Assembly (NCBI RefSeq): GCF_009914755.1
Contig: NC_060947.1
Direction: 5' to 3' (one strand)
DNA length: 64,000 nt
Source of the DNA: the human T2T-CHM13v2.0 reference genome, Homo sapiens
The notes under the pieces were generated by a model. The model was not told the DNA's origin and did no database searches. It worked only from the letters and a program-made list of their open reading frames with translations. The translations under genes were made by a program, and so were the position numbers. The stretch's first letter is position 1. Every line of letters begins with the position of its first letter. Below are positions 13,961 to 27,107 of this stretch, piece after piece.

Positions 13961-15403
13961 TAATACTTTAAAACTTTATATATGATGAGTACATGACCAC
14001 ATAGGCAAAAGTGCTTGACTGTCATTAATTCTAGGTATTTCCATCTGCTGGTCTTATGAATGTTGTATTTGTGTTTGAGTCCAACTGATTACCCTTCTAA
14101 ACCAACCTTTGTATAGCAAAATCACTTGCCTGTGATTAGAACCTTTACCTGTTACATGGGGTTTTTTCCATTCAGCCAACTTAATTGTTTCACGTAAGAT
14201 TTATGTTTTTTTTGCATAAGTGGTAGAAGCTCCACTTGTTTGCACTGAATACATATAGTTTAATTTTTAACATATAAACATTCACTTTTCTCTTCTGGTT
14301 ATGAAGTTATGTTTGTGAACAATTAAATGCCTCAAGTAAACTAGGAACTTTAAGCTCCTTTTTTCTAGGAGGAAGCTCTTAAGCACTGATAGCATTTCAG
14401 GACATTTCAGGACAATGATGTTCAACTTTTAAAAACTGGTAAAGACAATGGACTTTTAAGGTGCAGTTTCTTCTGTTTCAGTTCAGCTTCTTCTCTAAAG
14501 GCACAAGCATGGTCCTTGTACCCTTAGTATGTACTAGATGACTTGTGGTGATGTACAGCATTGCTTATAACCTTAATAGCCATTTGTTGATTTTCATATA
14601 TATTAGAAAGAAACTTGTTTTATGTTTACACTAGTGATATAGTTTCCTCTTAAAATAAATTTAAGTGAAAACAATAAATTTAAGAAAAATGTTAAGTAAA
14701 TGCCAGTATTGGTAGAATTCTGATATGGCCTAAAATCTTGAAGATGGCATGAGAATGACTGCCTTTTGGCAAACACTTCTTTAAAGGAATTCAGACTCAA
14801 AAATAGCTCTGTGTTCAGAAATCAACGGTGGTAGTGCTAGTTATTATTACCTGGGAGAGGGGGAACAATATACAACTTTTTCACTGCTTGCAGCAAAATC
14901 TTTGCTGTTGAGAAGTCATTGTTGAGCTAAGTGATGTCCCCTGATGCTACCTTGACCTAAAAGGAGACTTTCTGATCTACATCCTTTATTCTTCCATAAA
15001 TCTTTTGCATTTTCTCATACAAAAGTCACAAATTTAGGTGGTTTAAAGGCTTCTTTAAAATAATAGAGATAAAAATATTCCTGATATTAAAAAAGCTCAG
15101 GGAGCTGCTCAACAAAATGCTTTATTTCCTATAATCACGGAAGCATGACAGCTCTAAAACTTGTAAGCTAGCAATAAAACTAGCTTATTCTAGTTTCATT
15201 AACCAGCCCTTAACCTGGTTTCATTAACCTCCACTAAGTATGAAATATGAGCATATCAGAAATAAAAGCTGTCAGCTTCAAAATAATTATTTTCATCTTC
15301 CTTCCTTTTTGTATTAATAACAGTGACAAACTATACTTTGGCCTGTTCTTGGACTTTCTCTCTCTTTCCCCTAATCTTTTTTCTTTCTTTTTTCTTCTTC
15401 AAG

Positions 15404-15565
15404 GTGAGGCAATGGAACAAGGTTTACGAGACTGCTGTCGATCCATACGAATTGGAAAGATCCTGATTCAGAGTGATGAGGAGACACAAAGAGCCAAAGT
15501 ATATTATGCCAAATTCCCCCCAGACATTTACCGGAGAAAAGTCCTTCTGATGTATCCAATTCTCA
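15404..15565 (+). CDS. UPRT: UPRT coding exon 5 (EAMEQGLRDCCRSIRIGKILIQ...YYAKFPPDIYRRKVLLMYPIL)
   Basis: Long polypyrimidine tract with aag acceptor, gtgagt donor; 162 bp; lies within ORF 15247-15633. Confidence 0.97.
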
Positions 15566-16145
15566 GTGAGTGGCTTCCATTTGTTTGTAACCTTTGGTTA
15601 GGGTTTAAATTCAACTTAGTGCCTGCCTCCTAGGTACCCTTATATAAAAGGCAAAAAGAGTTTCTAAATGTTTTTTTCTCAGTTGGGAAAACTGCCCCAG
15701 GCAGTTCACTGGAGAGTTTTTATTGCATAATAAGAGAATATACAGTAGTCAGACCTTATTAGCCCCAACAAACTTCCGTCTTGAACACATTGAAACAAAG
15801 GATTTAATGAGGCAAAATATATGGAATACAGAAAATATATTGAAACATATCTCCTCTTTAGCCTAATGAGTACAGCAGTGATTTTCCTCAATAATTTATT
15901 CTCTCTGGAGGTAACATTTTTTCCTGCTATTCTGTTCTGTTTCTTAAGCTTACTCAGACCACACTTGGCATGGTCTTTAAGGGAGGTGAGAGGGAATATG
16001 TTAAATTTGATACCTCATATACTAAATGAATTTAGGGCTTGGTATTTGATAACTGAAAAGTGTATGTGTCATGTTCATTATTGAAGATAGCATTAATAAA
16101 GAACAAGTACCTTCATATGAAGTGGTTTCTTATGTTAGATTGCTA

Positions 16146-16496
<351 letters not shown>

Positions 16497-16535
16497 TTAA
16501 GGTTGCTAATTCATTTGGTTATCTTTTGATTTCAG

Positions 16536-16634
16536 GCACTGGAAATACTGTAATTGAAGCTGTAAAGGTTCTTATAGAACATGGAGTTCAACCCAGTGTT
16601 ATCATCCTACTCAGTCTGTTCTCCACTCCTCATG
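16536..16634 (+). CDS. UPRT: UPRT coding exon 6 (STGNTVIEAVKVLIEHGVQPSVIILLSLFSTPHG)
   Basis: tttcag acceptor, gtgagt donor; 99 bp. Confidence 0.95.
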
Positions 16635-18580
16635 GTGAGTTCAGCATGAGGCAGTAACTAGGGCTCCATATAGTCCTGAGGTGGGTAAGTATGCATTTTC
16701 TAGCTTCTAATCCTGAGGAAAAGTTTATCTGCTTTCACATTAAATCTGAATCTAATTTGGGTAATTATAACTTGTGTTTGTCATCTGTAAGCTTAGTGAT
16801 AACATTTTATACCATTCTAATGTTCAAATGCAAATGGAGAAGTATGAACTAACCCCATTTAAAAGAATTGCAATTGTTTTCCTGGTTTGGCCTGCAAATG
16901 ACTCAAAGGTTCCTATTTCCCTTGGCTCGCCACTTGAGCCTGAGAACTGCTCACAAACAGCAAGAAACATAAGGTTCTAGCTAGCCCTGTAGTCTTACTG
17001 AAGTAATCTTTGCAGTGTGAAGTGAAGAGCAGAAGTTTTTAAAGTTAGACTTCTGCTCAAAGGGCAGAGAGAACTGTGTGTTCTCCATTCCTGAAGGAGG
17101 TGTACCTAACTTAAGATCTTAGTGTTTTTCGCCATACATTGCAGAACAATTGGGAATATATTTTAAGAAAATAAGTATAGGTGCATGTAGAAATTTAGCT
17201 TCTAGGATGTTTATTGTAGAGTTATTTGGTATAAGAAAAAATGTGAAAGTATACAAATGACTCACAATAAGGAAATGGTTAAATAAATAATATATATTCA
17301 AAGGATATACTATTATGTAACTGTTAAATCATGTTTTTGGAAAATATTGAATGGCATCCAAAAATGTACATGGTAAATGTAAAAAAGCAGTATAAAAATA
17401 ACAGCATTAGAATAGGGTAAAGTGTTATCACCAAGCTTGGAGATGACCAGTACAAATTATGACTATTTTAATTACAAAAATCAGAGTTGGATTTAATATG
17501 GAACCTAATAAATCTTTCCTTAGCATGAGAGGCTAGACAGACACACAGTGTTGTTTCAATTTTGGTTTCAAAATGCATACACAATATTAATAGTGGTTAT
17601 TTTAGGCTGGTGGGATTCTAAGTGCTTTTCATTTTATTTTTAAGCTTTAAATTGGTATTTTTCAAATGTTCTACAATGAATTTGTATTTGCTTCATAATT
17701 TTTAAAAAGGGCAATATATGGCTTCTCTAGTCAGGTGTTTTCTCATTTCCAAAATTTCTAAGTCTTAGCCAGTTCTGAAGAGGCTACAGTATATCTAGTT
17801 GGGAAAGCTGGTTTCAGTAGGTTATTGACAGGAGTTATGGCCTGTTTGATTACTTTGCTGTTTCATAACTAAATATTACTTGTAGTTCAAATGTTGGTGG
17901 TAACAAAAGGCGATTTGCTTAAGTTATCATTTATATATATAAAACACAGGTGGCATTGAAAATATTGAGAGAATCCAATAATTATTAAAATTTTTACCTT
18001 TGGGAATAGAAAAGCACTCTTTTTAGTTCTAATAGTATACATGAGAATGGTGTACTATTCTTTGAAATTTATAGCTGAAAAATTTTATTCTGTGGCAACT
18101 TTGCTATGGATTTTTAGTTTGACAGGGTAATTAAAATAGTCATAATTTGTATTGGTCATCTCTTAAGCTTGGTGATAACATTTTATGTGATTCTAGTGCT
18201 GTTATTTATACATTTTTTACATTTTTACATTTACCATGTACATTTTTGATGCCATTCAATATTTTCCAAAAATATGATTTAACAGTTATATATTACATCC
18301 TTTGAATATATGTTATTTATTTAACCATTTCCTTATTGTGAGTTATTTACATACTTTCACATTTTTTCTTATGCCAAATCACTCTACAATGAATATCCTA
18401 GTCCTTGTTACTTTTCCCTACCTATTCCCCTCCCCATAAGCTAGAGTCCTAACTTCTAAAAAGCTGGCGTGCTCTGACACACCAGCTTTTTCTGTGAAAA
18501 GCAAGTACACTGTGAAACACTACACTTGTTTCACAGTGTTTCAGTTGAGAAACCATCATCTTACGTGTGTTCCTCTTTAA

Positions 18581-18709
18581 TTTTTTTTTAATAGAGATGG
18601 GGTGTTGCCGTGTGGCCCAGGCTGGTCTCAAATTCCTGGCCTTGAGTGATCCTCCTGCCTCAGCCTTCTAAAGCTCTGAGATTACAGGCTTGAGCCACTG
18701 TGCTTGGCC
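18581..18709 (-). mobile_element. Alu monomer (FLAM-like)
   Basis: Single left-arm Alu in reverse with T tail; imperfect TSD tgtgttcctc/tgtgatcctc. Confidence 0.8.
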
Positions 18710-19073
18710 TGTGATCCTCATTTTAAAAAGGACTGTATTCACTCTATTACAGTCACCTTTAAAATTAAACAAAATAAAAAATACTCTTTAGGGGGAAAGT
18801 TTCTATAACTGAACAATTATATTTTTCAACTTGAGTATAAAATAATAATTCTAAGAATGTATTAGTGAGATGGAGGGGGCATAATCTGACTACTGTCAAA
18901 GCTTTTCAGACTTTATACAAAGGAAGAGATTAACCAAGTCTGATTAGGTATCCAAAGATCATTGCTCTCTGTCTTCTCTCAATTTTAGACCTAGTGGCAA
19001 TAACTACAAAATTCCTGAATTACAACTGGTGTTACCAAAACATCCTACCATAATAACTTTTGTTTTTTTGAAG

Positions 19074-19180
19074 GTGCCAAATCAATCATTCAGGAGTTTC
19101 CAGAGATCACAATTTTAACTACTGAAGTTCATCCTGTTGCACCTACACATTTTGGACAGAAATACTTTGGAACAGACTAA
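19074..19180 (+). CDS. UPRT: UPRT last coding exon (AKSIIQEFPEITILTTEVHPVAPTHFGQKYFGTD-stop)
   Basis: tgtttttttgaag acceptor; TAA at 19178-19180; C-terminal FGT motif of UPRTases. Confidence 0.95.
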
Positions 19181-20540
19181 GTTATTTAAGTAAAATAATT
19201 GTCTTATGTAATATTACAATCATGTTTTGATTTTCTATTTGTTTTACTGATTCACTTGAGGGTGGCAGAGAAAAATGTGTTAAAATGCTTTTTAGTTTTG
19301 GAAGTGGGTATATTTGAGGTTATATCTCATTTAGTTATTTGTTTACTGTTGGCACCGAATTCAACAATGAAGTATATGCAACTCTTACAAAACATAAATT
19401 TTAATAATATTCTAATGCAAATTACTGAACCCTCAGTGCATTAAAATTATTTCCTAATTTATGAGCCTCTTAGTTTGGAGGTTGCTTGAAGCCACAAATA
19501 AAACTCAAATGAGAGTCAGTTCTTTGTCCCACTGTAGTTTGCATTTTGTTTAGTTTGGTTTTAGCTCTACTAAGGTTTCACATATGTGGCTATTGCCACA
19601 TTCCTCTACTGTTTTCTTTCTGATACTGGACATGCTAGTAACTTGGAGAGGAGAATAAAAGAATGTCTCCTGGAATTTTACATTCCCATTAATGTCCTCA
19701 TTCAATTGGCAGACCTAGGATGTATGGTTAACTCTCAGGCCATTATGTTTTTCATGGCTCATTTCCCAAACTGCATTGTTGGTAGGTGCCTTGCTAAGCT
19801 GTAATGCAGTGAAGAAGATGGTGGGGCATTTTTAGTAATTGGAACTGTAACATTAATTTACAAGATTGAACCGGGGATGTCTGGATGCTGACAAGGGAGA
19901 GCCAAGTACTGTTAATGCCATCAATCCTCTAGGAAGGAATTGGTGGTTTTTCTGAAGTGTGGGGGAAAGGGTGGTTTCTTGCTGGATTTCATGGCCAGTA
20001 AGTAAATTTAAATGCTTCATTTTTAATTTGGATGTTTCTGCTAGAGACCTTTGATTTGGAAATTAGTTATTTTGCATGTTTGTCAACTGTATATGTATGA
20101 AAATAGAAAAAAAACATGCTTTTTGTAAAAACCCCTAAGATTTGTATATGTTCATCTTTAGGCTTCTGAAAGGGAGAGAAATCATATTGGAAATCAGTGT
20201 TGGTGTTCTGAAATCTGCTTGTAAAACTCTCATCTCATTTTACATTGATATTAAAACATTTTAACAGTGTTGGCTAGCTGATTACTTGATTAATTATACT
20301 CCCATGGCCCCATAGGAAGCTGTTGTGGGCCTCTGTTCAAAAGCACAGAAAAGAGCAGAAGGAAATGTCTTAGAAAGAATCAAAGCTGATGAAATCAGCA
20401 AAGATTGGGGGAAAGGAAGGAAGCCTGGTGTAGATTGGATTATATTTTTCCTTTGGGGACTAGAATACTAGAAGAACTTCAGTATATTTTTCCCTTTATT
20501 TTTGAATACTGTCATATAATAAATTGAGATTAATAAATTA
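19181..20540 (+). other. UPRT: UPRT 3' UTR with candidate poly(A) signals
   Basis: Unique AT-rich sequence; AATAAA at 19497, 20518 and 20532, ATTAAA at 20250. The true cleavage site cannot be determined from sequence alone. Confidence 0.55.
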
Positions 20541-21343
20541 CTCATATTACAGTTCTTCCATGGCAAATGTTGCTTTCAAGTTGTTACTGAAATTCTCATC
20601 TATACTTGTCAGTTAACTGTCTTGATACAGTGTGGATTTTGTTTACTCCTGACTAGCAGAAGTTATAACTAAAGCCCGTTAAAGCTAGAATTTCTATCTC
20701 CCTCTCCCAGCACAGATGTGAACCAGCAAATTTAGATGGAGAACAGATATGCTTGAGATTGGTGCATCAAACTAGTTGAAAAGATGATGCCTACCACTAT
20801 AGGAGTTAATGCTTCTAAATTATTGCTTATGTTAGGGCTTCAGTATTTCATTTGAGGTGACTTTCCAAAACAGCAGACAAATTTATATTCAAGTGTAGAT
20901 ATAAAACCATATTTTAAGCAAATTATTTTTGTATTACCAGCCATTTAGATTTAACATGTCTTTGTTCCTCGATTGATATTTAGTTGACTACATTTGGTTC
21001 CCACATGAAGGGCCTAGAATGAGCAGTAGGAAGTATTCAATGAGGTCATAGTCGCCCCTGATATTTGTCTTCTATCCCTCTCTAGATTTCAAGAAAATTA
21101 TACCTATGGGTTTTGAAGTTTGGGTCTTTTTAGCAAATGAGGCATTATTTGTAGGGTTAATCACTTGCAGGACTCTGAGCGTGGGACATTTTTTAAGTAT
21201 TCTAAATTTAACACAAGATTAACAGACTATTGAAAACAACATTGTTTTTAAGTAATATGAACTTCAGAGTAGTATAAACTTTGTATATTCCTTGCTGAAG
21301 AACACACCCTAGCACAATAAAAAGAACAGTCCAATCGTATATG

Positions 21344-21455
21344 CAGTGGTTCTCAAAACTTGAATGTGCATCAGAATCACCTAGAGGGCCACAGATTGCT
21401 GTGGCCTAACAAGTTCCCACGAGATGCTAACATTGTTTTGGAGACCATATTTTGA
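21344..21455. mobile_element. MER5A-like DNA transposon remnant
   Basis: cagtggttctcaaaacttgaatgtgcatcagaatcacctagaggg...aacaagttcccacgagatgct. Confidence 0.7.
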
Positions 21456-22239
21456 TTTAAGACATTTCTTTTATAATAGAAGCATTTAATGTTATAAGTT
21501 TTCCTATAAATATTGATTTAGCTGTACCTCACAAATTTTGATATAGAATGTTTCATTTTCATTTATATTAAAATAATTGCTCATTTTTCATTTCTTCTTT
21601 GACCCAGGGTTATTTAGAAACATGTCATTTAATTTCCAAATATGGGATTTTCCAGATTTCTTTCTGTTATTGCTTTCTAATTTAATCCCACTGTGGTGAG
21701 AGAATATACTTCTTATTATTTGAATCCTTTTAAATTTATGGAGACTTGTTTTATGGCCCAGAATATAGTCTCTTCTGGTAAATCTTCCATGGGTGCTTGA
21801 AAACTATGTTTTATCCTGCCATTTTTGGATAGAGTGTTCTATGTCAATTAGGTTAAGTTGGTTGATAGTGTTGTTCAAGTCTACTTTACTGATTTTCTCT
21901 TTTTTCATCTGCTCCTTCTGAGGCAACTTTATTGACTTTCTGTCTACTTATTCTATCAGTTGTTGGGAGAGATCGATGAAATCTCTGACTAAAATTTATA
22001 TTTGTTTGTTTCTCCTTTCAGTTTTATCAGTTTTTGCTTTATGTATTTTGAAGCTTTGTTGTTAGGAGTGTAAACTTTTAGGATTGTTATGTTCTCTTGA
22101 TAAGCTGACTCATTATCATGAAATATTCCCTTTTATCCCTGTTATTCTTCTGAAATCTACTTTGCCTGATGTTAATGTAAATATTCTGGCTTTCTTTTGA
22201 ATAATACTAACATGGCATATCTTTGTTCATCCTTTTACT

Positions 22240-23000
<761 letters not shown>

Positions 23001-26000
23001 ATTGTTTTTATATTTAATCTGGGTTTCTTATAGGTAACCTAGAGTTGGGCCTTGCTTTATTTTTCCAATTTGACAGTCTCTGCCTTCTAATCAGGATGTT
23101 TAGACCATTTTTATTTAATGTGATTATTGATATGATTGGTTTAAAATCTACCATCTTGCTATTTGCCTTCTATTTGTTCATTATTCACTTTTTCCTCTTT
23201 TTCTACCTTCTTTTGCATTATTATTTATTATTCCATTTTATCCATTTGGATTATATTAGATGCAATACTTTCTTCTTTTAGTGGTTCCTTTAGGGTTTAT
23301 AGTATATAACTTTAATTTATCACAGCCCACTTCAAGCGTAAGATAAGAACTTCATGTACTTCTATTCCCCCACTCGAGTCTGTTCCCTATTATTGTCATG
23401 TTTTACTTCTACACATGTTAAACCTTATAATACATTGTGGGTTTTTGTTTGTTTTTGATACTTTTAAAGTGATATAAAAAGAAATAAGAAAAAAGGTATT
23501 TTCATTTTTTTAAATATACTTTAAGTTCTGGGATACATGTGCAGAACGTGCAGGTTTGTTACATAGGTATACATGTGCCATGGTGGATTGCTGCACCCAT
23601 CAACCTGTCATCTAGGTTTTGAACCCCGCATGCATTAGATATTTGTCCTAATACTATCCTTCCCCTTGCTCCCCATGCCCCAACTGGCCCAGTGTGTGAT
23701 GTTACCCTCCCTTTGTCCATGTATTCTCATTGTTTAACTCCCACTTGTGAGTGAGAACATGTGGTGTCTGGTTTTCTGTTCCTGTGTTAGTTTGCTGAGA
23801 ATGATGGCTTCATCCGTGTCCCTGCAAAGGACATGAATTCATTCTTTTTTATGGCTGCATAGTATTCCATGGTGTATATGTGCCACATTTTCTTTATCCA
23901 GTCTATCATTGATGGGCATTTGGGTTGGTTCCAAGTCTTTGCTATTGTAAATAGTGCTGCAATAAACATACGTGTGCATGTGTCTTTATAGTAGCATGAT
24001 TTATAATCTTTGGGATATACCCAGTAATGGGATTGTGGGTCAAATGGTATTTCTGGTTCTAGATCCTTGAGGAATCGCCACACTGTCTTCCACAATGGTT
24101 GAACTACTTTACACTCCCACCAACAGTGTAAAAGCATTCCTATTTCTGCACATCCTCTCCAGCATCTGTTGTTTCCTGACTTTTTAATGATTGCCATTCT
24201 AATTGGTGTGAGATGGTATCTCATTGTGGTTTTGATTTGCATTTCTGTAATGACCAGTGATGATGAGCTTTTTTTCCAATGTTTGCTGGTTGCATAAATG
24301 TCTTCTTTTGAGAAGTGTCTGTTCATATCCTTCACCCACTTTTTGATGGGGCTGTTTTTTTCTTGTAAATTTGTTTAAGTTCCTTGTAGATTCTGGATAT
24401 TAGACATTTGTCAGATAGATAGATTGCAAAAATTTTTGCCCATTCAAAAGGTAGCCTGTTCACTCTAATGATAGTTTTTTGTTTTTTTTTTTCTGTGCAG
24501 AAGCTCTTTAGTTTAATTAGATCCCATTTGTCAATTTTGGCTTTTGTTGCCATTGCTTTTGGCATTTTAGTCATTAAGTCTTTGCCCACGCGTATGTCCT
24601 GAATGGTATTACCTAGGTTTTCTTCTAGGGTTTCTATGGTTTTAGGTCTTACATTTTAGTCTTTGATCCATCTTGAGTTAATTTTTATATGAGGTGTAAG
24701 GAACGGGTCCAGTTTCAGTTTTCTGCATATGGTTAGCCAGTTTTCCTAACACCATTTATTAAATAGGGAATCCATTCCCCATTGCTTGTTTTTCTCAGGT
24801 TTGTCAAAGATCTGATGGTTGTAGTTGTGTGGTATTATTTCTGAAGTCTCTGTTCTGTTCCATTGGTCTATATATCTGTTTTGGTACCAGTACCATGCTG
24901 TTTTGGTTACTGTAGCCTTGTAGTATAGTTTGAAGTCAGGTAGGGTGATGCTTCCAGCTTTGTTCTTTTTGGTTAGGATTGTCTTGGCTATACAGGCTCT
25001 TTTTTGGTTCCATATGAAATTTAGTTTTTTCTAATTCTGTGAAGAAAGTCAATGGTAGCTTGAAGGGGATAGCATTGAATCTATAAATTACTTTGGGTAG
25101 TATGGCCATTTTCACAATATTGATTCCTCCGATCCATGAGCATGGAATGTTCTTCCATTTGTTTGTGTCCTCTCTTATTTCCATGAGCAGTGGTTTGTAG
25201 TTCTCCTTGAGGAAGTCCTCTACGTCCCTTTAAGTTGTATTCCTAGGTATTTTATTCTCTTTGTAGCAACTGCGAATGGGAGTTCACTCATGATTTGGCT
25301 CTCTGTTTGTCTATTATTGGTGTATAGGAATGCTTGTGATTTTTGCACATTGATTTTGTGTCCTGAGACTTTGCTGAAGTTGCTTATCAGCTTAAGGAGA
25401 TTTTGGGCTGAGACAATGGGGTTTTCTGAATATACAGTCATGTCATCTGCAAACAGAAAGAATTTGACTTCCTCTGTTCATATTTGAATACCCTTTGTTT
25501 CTTTCTTTTGCCTGATTGCCCTGGCCGGAACTTCCAATACTATGTTGAATAGGAGTGGTGAGATAGGGCATCCTTGACTTGTGCCAGTTTTCGAAGAGAA
25601 TGCTTCCAGCTTTTGCCCATTCAGTATGATATTGGCTGTGGGTTTGTCATAAATAGCTCCTATTATTTTGAGATATGTTCTATCAATACCTAGTTTATTG
25701 AGTGTTTTTAACATGAAGATGTGTTGAATTTTATTGAAGTCCTTTTCTGCATCTATTGAGAAAATCATGTGGTTTTTGTTGTTGGTTTTGTTTATGGGAC
25801 GGATTACGTTTATTGATTAGTGTATGTTGAACCAGCCTTGCATCCCAGGGATGATGCCCACTTGATCATGGTGGATAAGCTTTTTGATGTGATACTGGAT
25901 TTGGTTTGTCAGTATTTTATTGAGGATTTTTGTTTCAATGTTCTTCAGGGATATTTGCCTGAAATTTTCTTTTTTTTGTTGTGTCTCTGCCAGTCTTTGG

Positions 26001-26826
26001 TATCAGGATGATGCTGGCCTCATAAAATGAGTTAGGGAGGAGTCCCTCTTTTTCTATTGTTTGGAATAGTTTCAGAAGGAATGGTAGCAGCTCTTCTTTG
26101 TACCGCTGGTAGAATTCGACTGTGAATCCATCTGGTCCTGGGCTTTGTTTTTGGTTGGTAGGCTATTAATTACTGCCTCAATTTCAGAACTTGTTATTGG
26201 TATATTCAGGGATTCGACTTCTTCCTGGTGTAGTCTTGGGAGGGTGTATGTGTCCAGGAATTTTTCCATTTTTTTCTAGATTTTCTAGTTTATTTGTGTA
26301 GAGATGTTTATAGTGTTCTCTGATGGTAGTGTGTTTTTCTGTGGTGTCAGTGGTGATATCCCCTTTATCATTTTTTTATTGTGTCTATTTGATTCTTCTC
26401 TCTTTTCTTCTTTGTTAGTCTGGCTAGCAGTCTATTTTTTTAATCTTTTCAAAAAACCAGCTCCTGGATACATTTTTTTTGAACCGTTTTTCCCGTCTCT
26501 ATCTCCTTCAGTTCTGCCCTGATCTTAGTTATTTCTTGTCTTCTGCTAGCTTTTGAATTTGTTTGCCCTTGCTTCTCTAGGTCTTTTTATTGTGACGTTA
26601 GGGTGTTGATTTTAGATCTTTTCTGTTTTCTCCTGTGGGCATTTAGTTGTATAAATTTCCCTCTAAACACTGCTTTAGCTGTATCCCAGAGATTCTGGTA
26701 TGTTGTGTCTTTGTTCTCATTGGTTTCAAATAACTTATTTATTTCTGCCTTATTTTCGTTATTTGCCCAGTACCCATTCAGGAGCAGGTCGTTCCATTTC
26801 CATGTAGTTATGTGGTTTTGAGTGAT

Positions 26827-27107
26827 TTTTTTTTTTTTTTTTTTTTTTTTTGCGATGGAGTCTTGCTCTGTCACCCAGGCTGGAGTGCAGTGGCGCGATA
26901 TTGGCTCACTGCAAGCTCCGCCTCCTGGGTTCATGCCATTCTCCTGCCTCAGCCTCCCTAGTAGAGTAGCTGGGACTACAGGCGCCCACCACCACACCTG
27001 GCTATTTTTTTTGTATTTTTAGTAGAGATGGGGTTTCACTGTGTTAGCCAGGATGGACATGATCGCCTGACCTTGTGATCTGCCTGCCTTGGCCTCCCAA
27101 AGTGCTG
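26827..27107 (-). mobile_element. AluY-like element, slightly 5'-truncated, in L1 ORF2
   Basis: gcaagctccgcctcctgggttcatgccattctcc Y-type positions; TSD ttgagtgat at 26818-26826 and 27108-27116. Confidence 0.85.

Noticed and set aside
15247-15633. 128-aa ORF as a standalone gene
   Set aside because: Only 15404-15565 is coding (UPRT exon); the rest is intron read-through.
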